Shown here piece by piece: positions 39,451-59,050 of a DNA stretch of 64,000 nucleotides (the stretch's first letter is position 1; every line of letters begins with the position of its first letter). Source of the DNA: Amoebidium appalachense (lineage: Eukaryota; Protista; Ichthyosporea); NCBI GenBank assembly GCA_963693365.1, contig CAVNZM010000007.1:1349979-1413978 (forward strand), read 5' to 3'. A program made the position numbers and the translations under genes. Below the pieces are notes generated by a model, which had not been told where the DNA came from, ran no database searches, and saw only the letters and a program-made list of their open reading frames with translations.

Positions 39451-40257
39451 TATGTGTAAAGTGCAAGGACCAGAGGCTGCCCTCGGAGTCCAGTCCGTGC
39501 GGTGTTCTTGTACTACAGCTGGAAGAGTAAGGCGTAACGCTGTAACAAAAGTGTGAAAAGTTGGTGTGCGTGGGTGGTTGGGTTTAAGTAGGGCCTGTGG
39601 GTGGCCGTGTATGGGGCGGAGTGTGGTAACTAACGGACTATTAAATCTCCTAACACTAGTGTGGGGATTGTAGGGCAATGGTGTTAAGTTCGTGTTTTTA
39701 AGTGCTAGCAGTGGAAGGCTACTAGTAGGTGGAAAATAAACAAACGTGCATATATATGGCCACGTTTTTATGTCGCGTTTTACCTCTTTCCCTACGGGTA
39801 TCTGCTACACTAGCTGGCAATGTGAACACTTTAGACTTTTTGTTGAATTCTGTTGGTCGTCACATTGAGTATTTATATGATTTTCACACAGTGTTCAGGT
39901 ATCTCAGTATGCACTTGTTACTGGATAACTCGTGAAGTTTTTATTGTCTTCTCAGTATGCCGTGCATACTTGCATATCTTTCCGTCGAATAAATCCAGTC
40001 AAAAGAAAAAACGTGTCCATGTAATGCGAGAACTTTCTGGGGTCGTGCCCCGGCGAACCCGATGGGGGGCGACCCCAGGCGATCCCCGGGCCGGGCGCAG
40101 CGAGGCCCGGGAGCGAGCCTCGCCGCCCCTCCATGAGAACCAGGAGAAGCTGCTGGAAGGCAGCGTCGAACTGGCAACTACCAGCTCGTTTGTATGTGTT
40201 TGTGCATGTGCACGCACGCTATGTTGGTCACAGTGTGCGGTGTGTTTGCGTGTGCAC

Positions 40258-41359
40258 AGTCGCGCCATGTCGGGCTCCCGATCACATCAAAACCATATGT
40301 GATCGGTGAACAAGCAGTATGATTCCTTAAAAATAGCAGTTTACTATCCAATAAGATCGCCACTCCGGGCTCATCAGATAAAATGCAACCAATCAAGATT
40401 CGTATTTTGCACATTCCTATTCTCTTAAATTTTAACAACGCACATGGCCATCGCGACCAGGCACAAAACACGACACGTGTTTCGTAAACGGCCGTGCGCC
40501 GCTGCATCCACACTCCACCACATTTACGCACAAGGGGCGGCCGGGCATGCACACCTCCGCATAGAGCCAAACGCTGGCAACATGGACGTGTTTGAGCCGT
40601 TGCTGTAGGACTAGTACAACATGAGTTATTAGTTTTGCGACATGGGCACTTTGTCAGGAAAAACGAAACTTACTCAAACGTCAAAAACTCTAGAAAAACA
40701 TAAGAACATCAATAGGCCGCACGAAATTCATGCTGCCTGTAAACGTGGTTGTGTATATTGTCGGACAGACTACGGGAGTCGCGCCCTGTAGTTAGTCACG
40801 CTTACTCACCAATTCCCATCTCAAGATTGATCAGATCCCATACTGTAAATGCAATCTGCGCTGCCGCTATGATACACAACCAAATTTACATGCCTTCTTC
40901 CACCATGACGAGCAGCACCAACACCCTGCTTGTCTAGTGTCCTCTACCATGCCGAGCAGCACCAACACCCTGCTCTAGTCTACCACCATGCCGAGCAGCA
41001 CCAACATACTGCTCTTCTTTCTTTCTTTTCCACCATGCAGAGCAGCACGAACACACTGCTTCGTCTTATTGTATTGTTTCTAACTTTCCGAACATTTTTT
41101 CTTGCTTATACCCTTTTATTTTCCCCCGGGTCACTCCTGGCTAGGTGTTGGTTGACGTGAGTTTGCTCAATCCCCACTAGCGTGACTGCGGCTACCCCGT
41201 GGGCTAAGAATTGCCAGAATATGTAGTGACAGTCGGGATTATGTATCCTGGCTTATAGTTGCACTATGTAGAGAGCACATTCGTGTGTCTACTGTGGAAG
41301 ACGTTAGCTCCCCTTAGGCAGTGCCTCCGGGAGTGAAACGGGATAAAATAAAATAAAAA
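40258..41359 (+). mobile_element. Related non-autonomous retroposon (~1.1 kb), diverged subfamily with internal 30-bp repeats
   Basis: 41125-41359 aligns with SINE 38711-38944; four copies of accatg(c/a)cgagcagcaccaacac at ~40900-41060; candidate 15-bp TSD tgtttgcgtgtgcac at 40243-40257 and 41360-41374 (TG-rich context, so the 5' limit is less sure). Confidence 0.7.
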
Positions 41360-41463
41360 TGTTTGCGTGTGCACGTCACGGTGACTGTGCTTGTGTGTGG
41401 GGAGGGGAGGGGTTTGTGTGTGTGTGTGTGTAGGTGTCGTGTGTGTGTGTGTGTGTGTAGGTG

Positions 41464-41550
<87 letters not shown>

Positions 41551-42455
41551 CGTGCGTGTTTGTGTGTGCGTGTATGTGTTTATATGTGTGTTGGGGGTGG
41601 AGGGGGGGGGGGGGGGGGGGAGGGGGGAGGAGGGGAAGGGGGGGGGAGGATTGCCAGTGTATGCATGTCCCATGGTGTGGGCGTAGGTGTACAAATGCAT
41701 ATATGTGGGCTACACAAGTGTACATGTTGATTTTGTGTTGTATAATTGCAGTGTGCATGTATCTGGTGAGCGTGCTTGAGTGCATTCGTTCGCCCATGTG
41801 CATGGCGGGAAAATTAGAGAAAGCTGAAGAGGAGCGGAGTATGGGTGAAATATGGAGGGGGACCTTGGGGTGGGAGGGGAGGGGTGTGTGAGAGAGAAAA
41901 GGGCGCCGCTGCACATGGGCGGCGGCGGGGAGGGGAGAGAGGGAGGGGAGGGAGAGGTATCCTAAAACCAGTATAAAACTGCTTGTGTTTGAACACTCGG
42001 TACACCGTGCAAGAAAACATAAAGTGCAGCAAATAGCATTTATAATGGTTTCCCTTTGGCTTTCATAAGACGCAGATAGTATTTTAACACATCATATTCA
42101 GAACCAATCCACAGGACGGAGAGAAATCGTGCTTGCAATAGCTTTGCCTTTCCAAGTGATCCACCTTAATCGTAGTATTCAATTTCAGTCGATGTACCAT
42201 TGTGATAAGTTTCTAAATCCACAAGCTATCAGCTATTTGATACAAGATAGTTGTGATCCATAAATCTTCCAAGTCAATTTTAAAATCTACTAAGAATAGA
42301 AGCAACCACCCGAGGTTCTTGTTTTCGAGCCCACAGAGCCGAAATAGCTTGTGTCGTTTTACTACCAACCACAATGTCTTATAACAATGCTATAATACCA
42401 TGAAAAAAGCACGACACACACACACACACACACACAAAAGGCAAAAAACACAGAT

Positions 42456-47780
<5,325 letters not shown>

Positions 47781-49957
47781 TTTTCTCCCTCGATACTTAC
47801 TATTTAGAAAATGGTTTGGTGCGGAAATTGTAAGTTGCACACAGACGTGAGTGACTGGCAGGCAACCTACGGAGAGGTGAAGTGAGGGATTTGAAAGGGA
47901 TGACCGACATTATATGGCTGCGGGAGAAGCGGTTAGGAGCCACTGTGGCACCTCGAGCCAGACCTCTCAGCCGCACCTGCGCAGATCGGGCAAAATAGAT
48001 CCTTCAATCAGCGCAAGAGAGCATTGAGCCGGCAATGCCCTGACATGATTTGTTCGTTTTTTCAAATGTGTTGTACATTTCTTTAGATGATCTACAGACC
48101 GGATGTTTAGAAATGTCTTTTTTCAAATTCTGCCTAACCTTATATGGCTCACCGGAACAATTCGAATCTTGTGATTGGTTGCGCCAAAAGTAGGGGCCAA
48201 GGTAGGGGCCGCTCAGGCGGTGACAGGCCAAAATCTCAGACCGACAGCCTCTCAAAAGCAGTTAGGCCCCGATTTTACTTAGAAAGTTGGTTTTCGTCCA
48301 TAAGAAAAAGGTTAAGGAAATACAAAGGCGCGCAAAAATGATATAAGCAGGCGGGGTGCTCCGACAACGCCTACATCGCTAAAATCATCAAAACCCGTCT
48401 TGCATAGCCTCTTACCACCTTGCCTCGAGGTCGATCGTCTATGATGAAATTATGGCCCTTGCATGTTTTCGCTACGAAATAGGTGCCGGACACCCCATGT
48501 TGCTTATACAAGAATTGCTTGTCGCTTTGTTTATCAAGTTATTTAGTAAGAGCAAACCCCCTTTTCTATTCAAATCATTGATTTTAAGCATTATAAGCAG
48601 GATTTGGTATATGACCGCCGATCACTCAGCCCTTCATAAATTTCGCCTCTGGCTGCACGTTGCCTTCATATCCACTGGACCACTGCTCAATACATCCCAG
48701 CCAAGAGAAAAAAAAAAATTTCGCCAGTTCGGCTGGCTGGATCTCTCTAGAGCGAAGCAAACACCCACATTGAGATTCTCAATTAGTAAATCTAAATTGG
48801 TCTACATACACGCGTGCAGAGGAGCTCCATGTGCTTTAGGATGAATTAAGTTTAAATATATGCATGTATTCTTAAAGATACTGTGGAATATCGTACACCG
48901 GGACATGCTTATAACAGTACATATGGTGTTCAATAAGGTTTTCTCAGATACATATGCATGAAAATTCCCGTTGTTACATAACACATGTATGTGTATGTAC
49001 GCGGTACGTATACCACACGGGGATCATTGCACTTTATTGACCGCTCCCTCACGGGCCATGCCACTTGCGGTACCTCCAGTTCCCCACCAGCCACAACAGA
49101 CTCGAAGAGATCTGTCGAGCGAAAGGCAAATCTAAGCTTAAGGCGGGGGGGGGGCACTTACAGGCCCAGAGATAGCTGACATCAATAATATCGTCAAGAA
49201 TATATTCCTATACACTGCGGGAAGTTATAATTGATAAACCAGGATGGCACCGGTACCGGGCGTTTTATATGTGACCGGTGTCTTTTTGGATTATCCAACT
49301 ATCAGGGTACCTCATATCGCATCTTCAGAGCTGACTCCGCCTTCATCGGGAACGTGTGGCACTAGTCTCCAAGGCTTTGTACCCGCTGGCTTACGTAAGT
49401 GGCCGGGCCGGCCTACGACGCTGCGGGACGTCTCCGGCCAGGTCCTTCTGGTTGTAATGACCAATCAGATCGCTCAATATGTAATGACCAATCGGATTGC
49501 TTACAAGTTGTAATGCAAATTTTTTAATAATATGAAGTTAAAACGTCTGGGCAGGTGGATCATGTCTTATTTTTACTGGCTACGTCATTTTGAACCAATC
49601 ACCACTTGTAGATCTAGATCCGATTACGCGCGATCAAAATTTGTCTAGTGACTGTCGCCTGCGGCAACATACATTACATTATAGGCCGCAGGGAGACAGC
49701 ACTCAAAGTGACTAGTGTGGCACAATGGCCATGGGCTTTTATTCTCAAGATTTGATTGGCTGTTACAAAATATAAACGATTGGTGAATCTGACATCTTTT
49801 TGTAATGTTGTGATTGGCTGTCCTCATTGACTCCTCAATGCAGTGAGCTCGTGAGATCTAGCTCGGCGACCTCGCACCAAGTTCGTTGCCACTCACCTTG
49901 GGTCCGTGGGCAGTGGCACCGGCTTTAGGGGTAATTAACCACTGTACTATTTGCACT

Positions 49958-50317
<360 letters not shown>

Positions 50318-50800
50318 TCGTGGCCCATGGTTGCGGGAAGGGAGCTGGAGGAAGGGGCCATCTATATTGGCATCAATAGCTGATGATATGTTGACCATGC
50401 ACGCAGCTTCGGATTTCGCTGCAGCAGCGGATCAAACCTCGCGAATTTTCCCTTAATTTGTACAGTACAACAGTTCTAATAGTAGCCAGCCAGTGCTTGA
50501 CGGATCTCCGGGTCGCACAGTACGCACTTTCCTGCGCACTTTTTGTTTCATTAATGGCACTGAAACAGTACTGAAGACACGCTGTGGACTTGTGCTCCAC
50601 AACTGCCGATGCTTTCGAATTCAGATCTGGGGGCGGCCACTGTGACAGATCCGACAAAGTGGTGATTGGTGGATCTGGTTCTTTGCCGTTTTGTGGGAGC
50701 TGCAGGAGGAGCCACGCCTAGAGTATCTACAAAAGACGTCCCGCAGAGTTTGTAAGTCTCAGAGTGAAGAGTGACCGGTTACACATCTTCAACATTGACA

Positions 50801-51497
50801 ATGAATTCCAAGGTTGCTGTTGCTTTTGGTCTGGCGTCGGTTGCCGGCCTGGCATCTGCTGAGTTCCGCGCTGTAAGTGACTCCCCTTGTGAATCATTGA
50901 CAACACACACGCACACAACACATTCACACACAGAGACACACACACACGCATATGCACACGCACGCACACACACACGCACGCATACACACACACGGGCACA
51001 TGTCACCAACAACCAGCACGCACGCACACCGTGACAAGTTTATCACACACCAACAACACGCAAGCGCACACACGTGAACACACATGTGTACACACATGCT
51101 CACACACTGACCCACAAAATACCTGACCGCTATAACGCCCACTGTGGAAAAGCTGTATGTAACATTGTGTGTTTTTAGCATATGCATGTATCCGACTATT
51201 GTTTGGTGCGCATGAACTGCTATTCAATCCGAGTCGTGGAAAACTGCCAGTGGGCTCATTAGCTCTCTTCTTGCCCTGGGGTCACACGTTGCAATTGCCG
51301 GCTTCGAAAAGAGGGGTTGCCATATGCAGCATGAACATTGTGATGCTTGAAAACCCCACTGTTCCTGCAACCTGATTTCCTTCCCCCCCCCCCACCCCCC
51401 CCCCCTCCCCCCTGTCACCCCCCCCCCCCCCCCTCCCCCCCCCCCCCCCCTTCCCCCGGCTACCCCCTCCTTCCCTGCCGGCCCGCCCCCTCGAGCT

Positions 51498-51558
<61 letters not shown>

Positions 51559-53141
51559 AGCTTCCCGGCGGCACTGCAGTTCCCGGCAAGTACCATGTCC
51601 GCCTTGACCCTAGCATCACGTCAGAGAGTCAGATCGATCCTGCCCTGCGTGCAAAACTCAGCGATGTGTTTGTCACCGTCTCTGGCGCGGAGCTGACAAC
51701 CACCAACATGACCCTGATTAATGAAGTTGTTGCGCACAAGCAGGTAGGTAATTTAAAGGGTGAAATTTTATATCAATAATTATGTGTGACTGTGTTGGTA
51801 TTGCACGAATTCGAAGGGTCATATTTAATGCATTTTGGCGAGTCAGACCTTTTCATAGGCAAGAATCTGACCGTGACATGTGTTTGTTGAAAACCCATGG
51901 AAGCTTAATCTTTAAGTACAGTTTGTGAATATGGTCTACATCTGTGATTCACTGTGTCCAGTTTGAGATTGTGAATAGTTTATCTTGTGTGAAAAATATA
52001 ATTTATGAGAGGATATTAATATTAACAACACTGCAATAGTGAAATGAGAGACTCCGTGGTGCTAGTACTATAACACAAGCACGTAACCATGAATAACAGA
52101 TAAGACGCATCATCAAGACCCGAGTATGGCATATCACTTTACTAATTTGTCATCGCTATCACCACAGGCCTTCTACGTGCAGCCAGTGATGGTTGTCGAC
52201 AGCTCCACGTTTTCTGGGTGGGGTCCCGACCCAGTCCTGCCAGACACCCCGGCAACAGCCCAACTATACGACGTCATTTCCCCTGATTCGTGGGGTGTCA
52301 AGCGTCTTGCTGGTGTGCCTTTGAAAGGAGCACCTTACGCTGGCGGAAATGGTGATGGGGAGGGGGTGGATCTGTATGTTGTGAGCACCGGTGTTAGCCC
52401 GGACCACCCGCAGTTGACGGGTAAGAGTTCTTTCCCCATTACAACTATGTGGTACTGGCTGTCTATCTTTATATTTGTGCTGGTATCACACGGTGTGATC
52501 GAATGATGCATTCCATGAACAGTGTGTGTGTGTGCATAACGGTGACTTGAATTATAGTACTACATTTGTGTTGATATGTGCGTTACAGTATTTCATCACC
52601 CCATGAGCCAAGTGTGTGTGCATGGCTTGGGCTGACAGGCTAAGAAAACTTCTTCTATGGTCAACGTGTGGCGGGTGTGAGCCAGAACCCTTCCGTATGC
52701 CTATGCAGATGGAAAAAATTGCCATAGATTCTGTCCATGAATGAATTATGAATTTGTTATGTGAGTCTTAGGCTAGACGGTCTGGGCATATGCCAGTATA
52801 GTTGTGTGAGAGGCTCTGTGCTCGTGATAGAAGGGAAACGGGGAGGAACATATGAGTCTGTGTGTGTGTGTCTCTAGATGTTTGTGCATATCTGTATATT
52901 TGTGTGCGAGGCTCTGCAGCTGTGTACGTGGTAGGAGTGGCAAGGGGAGGTTTGAAACATGTGTGCACGGTGGTGACAGATGAAAATATGCTACAGGGCG
53001 TGTCAACAACTTCTTTGAGGACAAGAGCCTTCAAGCTGGGTTCGAGGGCGCTCTCGGTACCATGTTTGCAGGTATTGCTGGTGGGGCCAACGGTGTTGCT
53101 AAGGTATGATTCTTCCCCCTCCCCCCCCCCCCCCCCCCCCC

Positions 53142-53191
<50 letters not shown>

Positions 53192-53195
53192 TACA

Positions 53196-53228
<33 letters not shown>

Positions 53229-53379
53229 GCACGCACGCACGCACACGCACACGCGCACACACACACACACTGACACATACACACATGCCCTCCCCCCCCC
53301 CCCCCTCAATCCCCCCCCCTCCCTCCCCCCCCCCCAAAAGGAAGAAAAAGGAAAAAACACGAATCCCCCTCCCCCTCCT

Positions 53380-53411
<32 letters not shown>

Positions 53412-55119
53412 ACACACACACACCCACCCCCCTGAAAAAGAAAAAAAAAAAGAAAAAGAAAAGAAAAAAACACACGAATACCCTCCTCTGGCTAATGGCC
53501 ACAGGAAGTTTACCGTGCACCTAAGACCTCGCAGAAAAAAACTTCTCAGAAAACTTGTAAGGTGGTTCCGGGCATGGACACCGACACATACAAATCCAAC
53601 TTGCATGTACAGTGCAAGTGTTATAACAGTTATTTGAAACCACTGCTGTATGCTGCATATTGAAACAATTTCTGAATGGCGGGCTTAAATTACACAGAAA
53701 GCCACCATTCAATCCGTCAAGGTAGCCACCGGGAACGGCAAGACCGACACCATCAAGCTCATGCGTGCGGCCCACCAAATCATAACAAGGCGCGACCAAT
53801 CACGCCCATCCGTCGTTTATTGGCCGTTTTTCGGCCCGAATGCTGGTGCCCTGGCCAACTCTGTTCGGTTTTTGGCCGCAACACCCGGTGTTTTTGTTGT
53901 TGCCCCGGCCGGTGCATCTTCTGCTGCATCTTCCTGCTCCCAGCCTCCAGGCAACCAGCTCGCCTTGGCTGATTTCCTGACTGTGGGCGCTACTGATCCT
54001 AGCGATAAGGCGGCTATTTATAGTGGTTCGCTCTTCAGCGCCATTGGACCGTAAGTGACCCAGTGTTGTGCAATGAATGATTCATTTATAGTCGTCAAAC
54101 CCCTGATCTATCAATGTGATTCGTGAGATACCCTTCCTTAGCTTGTGGTAAGAAAAGCCTAAACATGTTTCAGTGGAAGGATGCTAGCTGGCCACTGCGG
54201 AGGAAAACTTTGAAACAAAAATCAGGAGAAAAATGTTTAGTTAATGAGGAAAAAAACACCAGGAGGAAAACTAAAAAAAACCTCGGAGAAAAATGTCTAA
54301 GAAAAAAAATCAGGAGAAAAATGGATAAGAACAATAACCATCAGGAGACAAACGTTTCGGAGAAAAACGTCTAAGAAAAAGAAAAATCAGGAGAAACTGG
54401 ATAAGAACAAAAACCATCAGGAGACAAACGTTTGAGGGGAAAAAAAACATCAGCAGAAAAAGGAAAAAAAACAACAGGAGAGAAAGGTTTGTCAATTATC
54501 AGATAGTATAGTTTATGTTGAGATTCTCACACATGTACTGCCACACTGCGCCCAACCGTTGATAAGAAGTTCAAAACATTAGTACGGTATAGATTTCAAA
54601 CAACTACCATTCCCCCCACCCACCCCCCCCCCCCCCCCCCTCCAAATCTAACCGCCCCTCACTACAAAATATGATACTATTTTTAACCATCCCCCCCCCC
54701 CCCCCAAAAAAAAAATAAATAAAATAAAATAAAATAAAAAAATAAAAAAAATACTGAGAATCCACCTACCCCTCACCACAAAGTACGATATGATCAATGA
54801 GGTCACTAACACTAATTTATCTTTTCAGGTGTGTCAACATCATGGCTCCCGGCTGGAACGTGCGGGCTCCCAACCCCTTCAACGCCACCCAGGACAACTA
54901 CATCACTAGTGCTACTGCGTAAGACACACTCCCATACCCCTACACCTTACCAAAACTGGCCCGTGAGCGTGCCTGCCCACACTTCCGTCTGCCCTCCCCT
55001 TCACTCTCCCTCCCCCCTTCCCCCCCTCCCCCCCTCCCCCCTCTCCTCCCCCCCATCCATGCATCCATTATCTCTCTTCCCCTTCCTCCATCCCCCCCCC
55101 CCCCCCCCCCCCGCGCCCC

Positions 55120-55180
<61 letters not shown>

Positions 55181-55307
55181 CTCTTCCTCTCATCCTCCTC
55201 CCTCTCATTCTCCTCCCTCTCATCCTCCTCCCTCTCCTTTCCACTCCCCTCCCCCCCCCTCTCCCCCCTCCCCCCTCCCTCCCTCCCCCCCCCCCCCCCC
55301 CCCCCCA

Positions 55308-55341
<34 letters not shown>

Positions 55342-56333
55342 AACCACCTTCACCCCCACTTCCCTCTCCCTCCTTTCCCTTACGGCACTCAGTGAGTCAT
55401 GAAGAAAAACTTGGGTTGAAAGCCTGTGGAAATAACTTATGCACCAAGCATGTAATATCCCACTGTACCTGACGTGGCTGCTACGCACAGGGCTGCTGCA
55501 CATGTTGCGGGGATTGCTGCCTTGGTCAGGGGCAAGTACCCCAAGGCCGATAACGACCAGGTGAGCCCCCCCCCCCCCCCCCCCCCCCCCCCCAAAATAA
55601 AAAAAAAGAAAAAAAGAAAAAAAAAAAACATGTACATAGAAAAGGGCAACAGGGTCATGGATATTGTGCATGAGTACTAGGCGTGCACATCTTTGGTCAA
55701 CAGGAGAACGTCTAAGCCTACATAATGTACGGAATGCTGGGTTACCATGTCTCGTGTCCCTTCCATTCTTTTGTTTAAGTCGCACAATCGCTCTTTTGTA
55801 AGTCGCGCCTACGCTGCCAAATGTTGCAAAAACAACAACTTACCTTTTGATAAAATCCACCACTTTGGTGACTCACCCACCATCAGATTCTTGCCACGAT
55901 CTACATATTAATAAAATTAGGCGATCTACTAAGTTATCATAAGTTAATATATGCGTTTTTAAATCCCCACCATGAACCACACACTCCAATCTAACTACGA
56001 CTCCCCGCACAGATTCGCACCGCCATTCTCTCTATGACAGAGGACAAGCCCACCTTCGTCGACCCCACCATCGAACTTACGCCCAAAAAGATCGCCCGCC
56101 TTAACTTTGACAATACTCTGTGCAAATCCAAGAACCAGGCTGTTGTAAACGACAAGTGGTGCCAAGAGGTTAACTGTGACGCATCTTACAAGGCGTTGTG
56201 TGAGTTGAACGCCAGAACTAAGGCAGGGCAGGTGTGCGTGTCGGTGATGGCGAATATCCCTGATTCGTGGTGTGCTGCAACGGGGTGCCATGTTGCATAT
56301 GCTGGTATGTGCCAGTTGAAATGCAGCGAGTAA
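50801..56333 (+). CDS. Secreted subtilase homolog lacking catalytic residues (pseudoprotease), 8 exons, 482 aa, C-terminal Cys-rich repeats
   Basis: Exons 50801-50872, 51561-51743, 52168-52420, 52997-53103, 53698-54050, 54829-54918, 55491-55560, 56013-56333 (1449 nt, open frame). Signal peptide; SWGVKRL, GEGVDLYVVSTG (D to S), ALGTMFAG (H to L), PAGA (N to A), TVGATD, CVNIMAPG, TSATAAAAHVAG (S to T). Confidence 0.88.
54200..54490. repeat. A-rich degenerate minisatellite in intron 5 of the pseudoprotease
   Basis: Recurrent aaaaatcaggagaaa and ggataagaacaa...ccatcaggagacaaacgttt units. Confidence 0.7.
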
Positions 56334-58010
56334 GATTGTCTTTTTGCTCGTTGCATGAGTGGTGTTCGAGGTGTTTATGCTCGGGGAAACAGGAGGAGGT
56401 GGTGGATTAGGAGCCCTTAAATGGGTTGGAGCTTTTTTTTCTTCTTTTTGTCGAGCGATAGATCACAAGGATATCTATAGTGCACATGTGGGGGGGGGGA
56501 AATATGTGAAACTTTATGATGGTATACTATTGGGTGTTTGTTAATGTCATTTTCTTGGGTACAGTAGATTAATAGCATGTGGTAAATATTGTTGATAGCA
56601 TCGAGGGGTACTGTAGCAGGGCCCGCAATAGGCATATGAACGGCGCAATGTGTTATATATGTGTTATATTATGTTACACGCCTCTTCGTGCACAGTTCAC
56701 ATCTTAAGTATACTGTATGCATCATAGAGTATATTACAAGATTCATATAGTACATTATGCCTGGGAGAGCACTTTGAATGTACCACACCGCCTGCCACAA
56801 CTGAAATGGTTCTGAGATGATATGCACTTGTAGTGCATTACAATAACATAAAAGCAAAAAACCGTGTTGCCCAATTCTAACCATTAAGGTTCTACATGCA
56901 CTCTCTCTTTCCCCTCTGGCCTTAGCACACGGTCACAAGCACTATACACTCGTCCCAATCCCTGTCCGGACTAGCTTCCACTCGCATGAGTCTCGCTCTC
57001 TCTCTCCCCCCCCCTCCCCCCCTCCCCCCGCACCTCCCCCTCCCCTCCCTTCCTCCTCCTCCTCCTCCACCCCCTCCTCCCCCCTTTCGCCCTCTTACGT
57101 TGTAAGTGGGGTTCAGAGGCCCTAAACGCTACAGAAGGACTGCTTTGGTTACTTGCCAAGTAAAACTCGTAGGAACTCCAAAAAAAAGGCTATTAAATAT
57201 GCGGTGGTCAGATGGCATACTAGGATATTGGACGTTACTAGTCAGTACAAAAAAAGCTCATGAAACCATTTTTGGCATAATTTGCATAAATCTCTACTAC
57301 AAGTACTTCCTGGTGCAAATTTCCTGTGACTCCCCCCCCCACCCCCTCCCGCCGTCCCCCCCCCCCCCCCCCCCCCCCCCTCGGCTCTCACCCCCTTCCC
57401 CCGGACCCTTTTCCCCCCTGCCCCCCCCCCCCCCCCCCCCCCCCCCATCCCATTGAGCAGCCTAAGGCCTAAAAATAACAATAACTGTAGCAGTTGCACG
57501 GCATCCTTTTCGTACTAAATATCACCGCACACAGAAACGAGCACATAATACCAAACAAAGCTTGCATATGTTGTAGCCATCCGTAATCCAATTTGTTTGG
57601 AACACGCGGCTTTTGAATTGACTGGCAGGGCATATAACCCTCTAAATTTCTCATTTCTCTTACCAACTTCCTACCATGTTCCCTTCCAACCACTGGCCTC
57701 CCCCTCCCCCCTCCCCCCCTTCCCCCCCTCCCCATCCCCCCCCCCCCCCCCCTCTCGCCGGCTACGCCGCTTCCCATGCGTTTTCGCTTGAGAGCAAACA
57801 TGGTAACGAATCCCCTCCCCCCGCCCCCTCCCCCCTGCCCCCCGTCTCCCCCTTCTCCCCCCCCCCCCCCCCCCCCCCAAGCACCTCACATCTCCGAGTG
57901 TACATTATTCATAAACTAATTTAACGACTTCATTGCCGAAACTCAATAAGGAATGAATAAAGTTTGCAAAGAACAGCGTGACCGAAGAAGACAGTTTTTT
58001 TTTTTTTTTT

Positions 58011-58041
<31 letters not shown>

Positions 58042-58515
58042 GGGGGGGCAAGCCTGCCTGGTAGCAGAAGGTGGCAAAAAGGCAAAAGTGCGGCAAATGG
58101 GGGGTGGGGTAAGGGTGGACGGGGAGTTGGGGGGGAGGGGGGGGGGAGGGGGGGGGAGGGCGGAGAGGGGGCGAGGGGAGACAAGGGGTTGGTACAAGAA
58201 AAAAACCCATCATTAGAGGGGCAACTTAGCACCCTTGGGAAACTCAAGTGGTGCCTTTACAGGTACATATACTGTTAAACTTTCGGGAAGCAGCAAAGAA
58301 CGTGGTAGCTGCATGCACGTGGGTGTGGAAGACAGTGCCACGTGGGGTGGGTGGGTTAATTGTAAGGCCTCCTAAATAGCGTACCTTGGTTAATCGGAAG
58401 GGCAATACGATGTATCATCTTAACTGTACGAAGAGGGGGGGGGGGGGGGGGGGGGGGCTTCTTGTTCGGGGCAATAGCTGATTGCAGGTACGTGTTCGTC
58501 CACACACAGGCACAT

Positions 58516-58571
<56 letters not shown>

Positions 58572-59011
58572 GCACATAGTATCGGACACACACACAGACA
58601 CAGATACACACCACAGCGCCACACACATGCACACACACACCTGGGGTATATACTGCCAGGCAGCTCCGCCTTCACGGCTCCACACAGGCACCTGCTCGTG
58701 GGCATGCAAGCACAAACATGTCATTGAACACACACAGGCCTGCACGGAGACACAAATGACTAAATACACCTGGATAGTGGACCCGATGGATTTATGACTT
58801 GAAAATAACTTGCGCGCGATCTAACTGATTAACCAGATATGCAAATTTGGGCGGGAAGTTTTTGCATGCAATAAAAAGATTTTTATAAAATAAGATAAAA
58901 AACTAGGAATACATTGAGAAAAAGTTTTTATGAAACCTAAAAAAAAGTAGGAATACAAACTTAGGTTTTATAAAGCGTAGTTTGGATCTGTCATGTGTTT
59001 GTTGTTGGTCG

Positions 59012-59050
<39 letters not shown>

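Noticed and set aside
40350-40385. Hammerhead-like CTGATGAG core on the minus strand
   Set aside because: Followed by GGCGATC instead of the required GAAA; flanking helices not found.
40900-41060. Four ~30-bp repeats with short spacers resembling a CRISPR array
   Set aside because: Irregular low-complexity spacers, located inside a retroposon, eukaryotic context, no cas genes.
50373-50657. 94-aa minus-strand ORF upstream of the pseudoprotease
   Set aside because: No recognisable domain or splice context.
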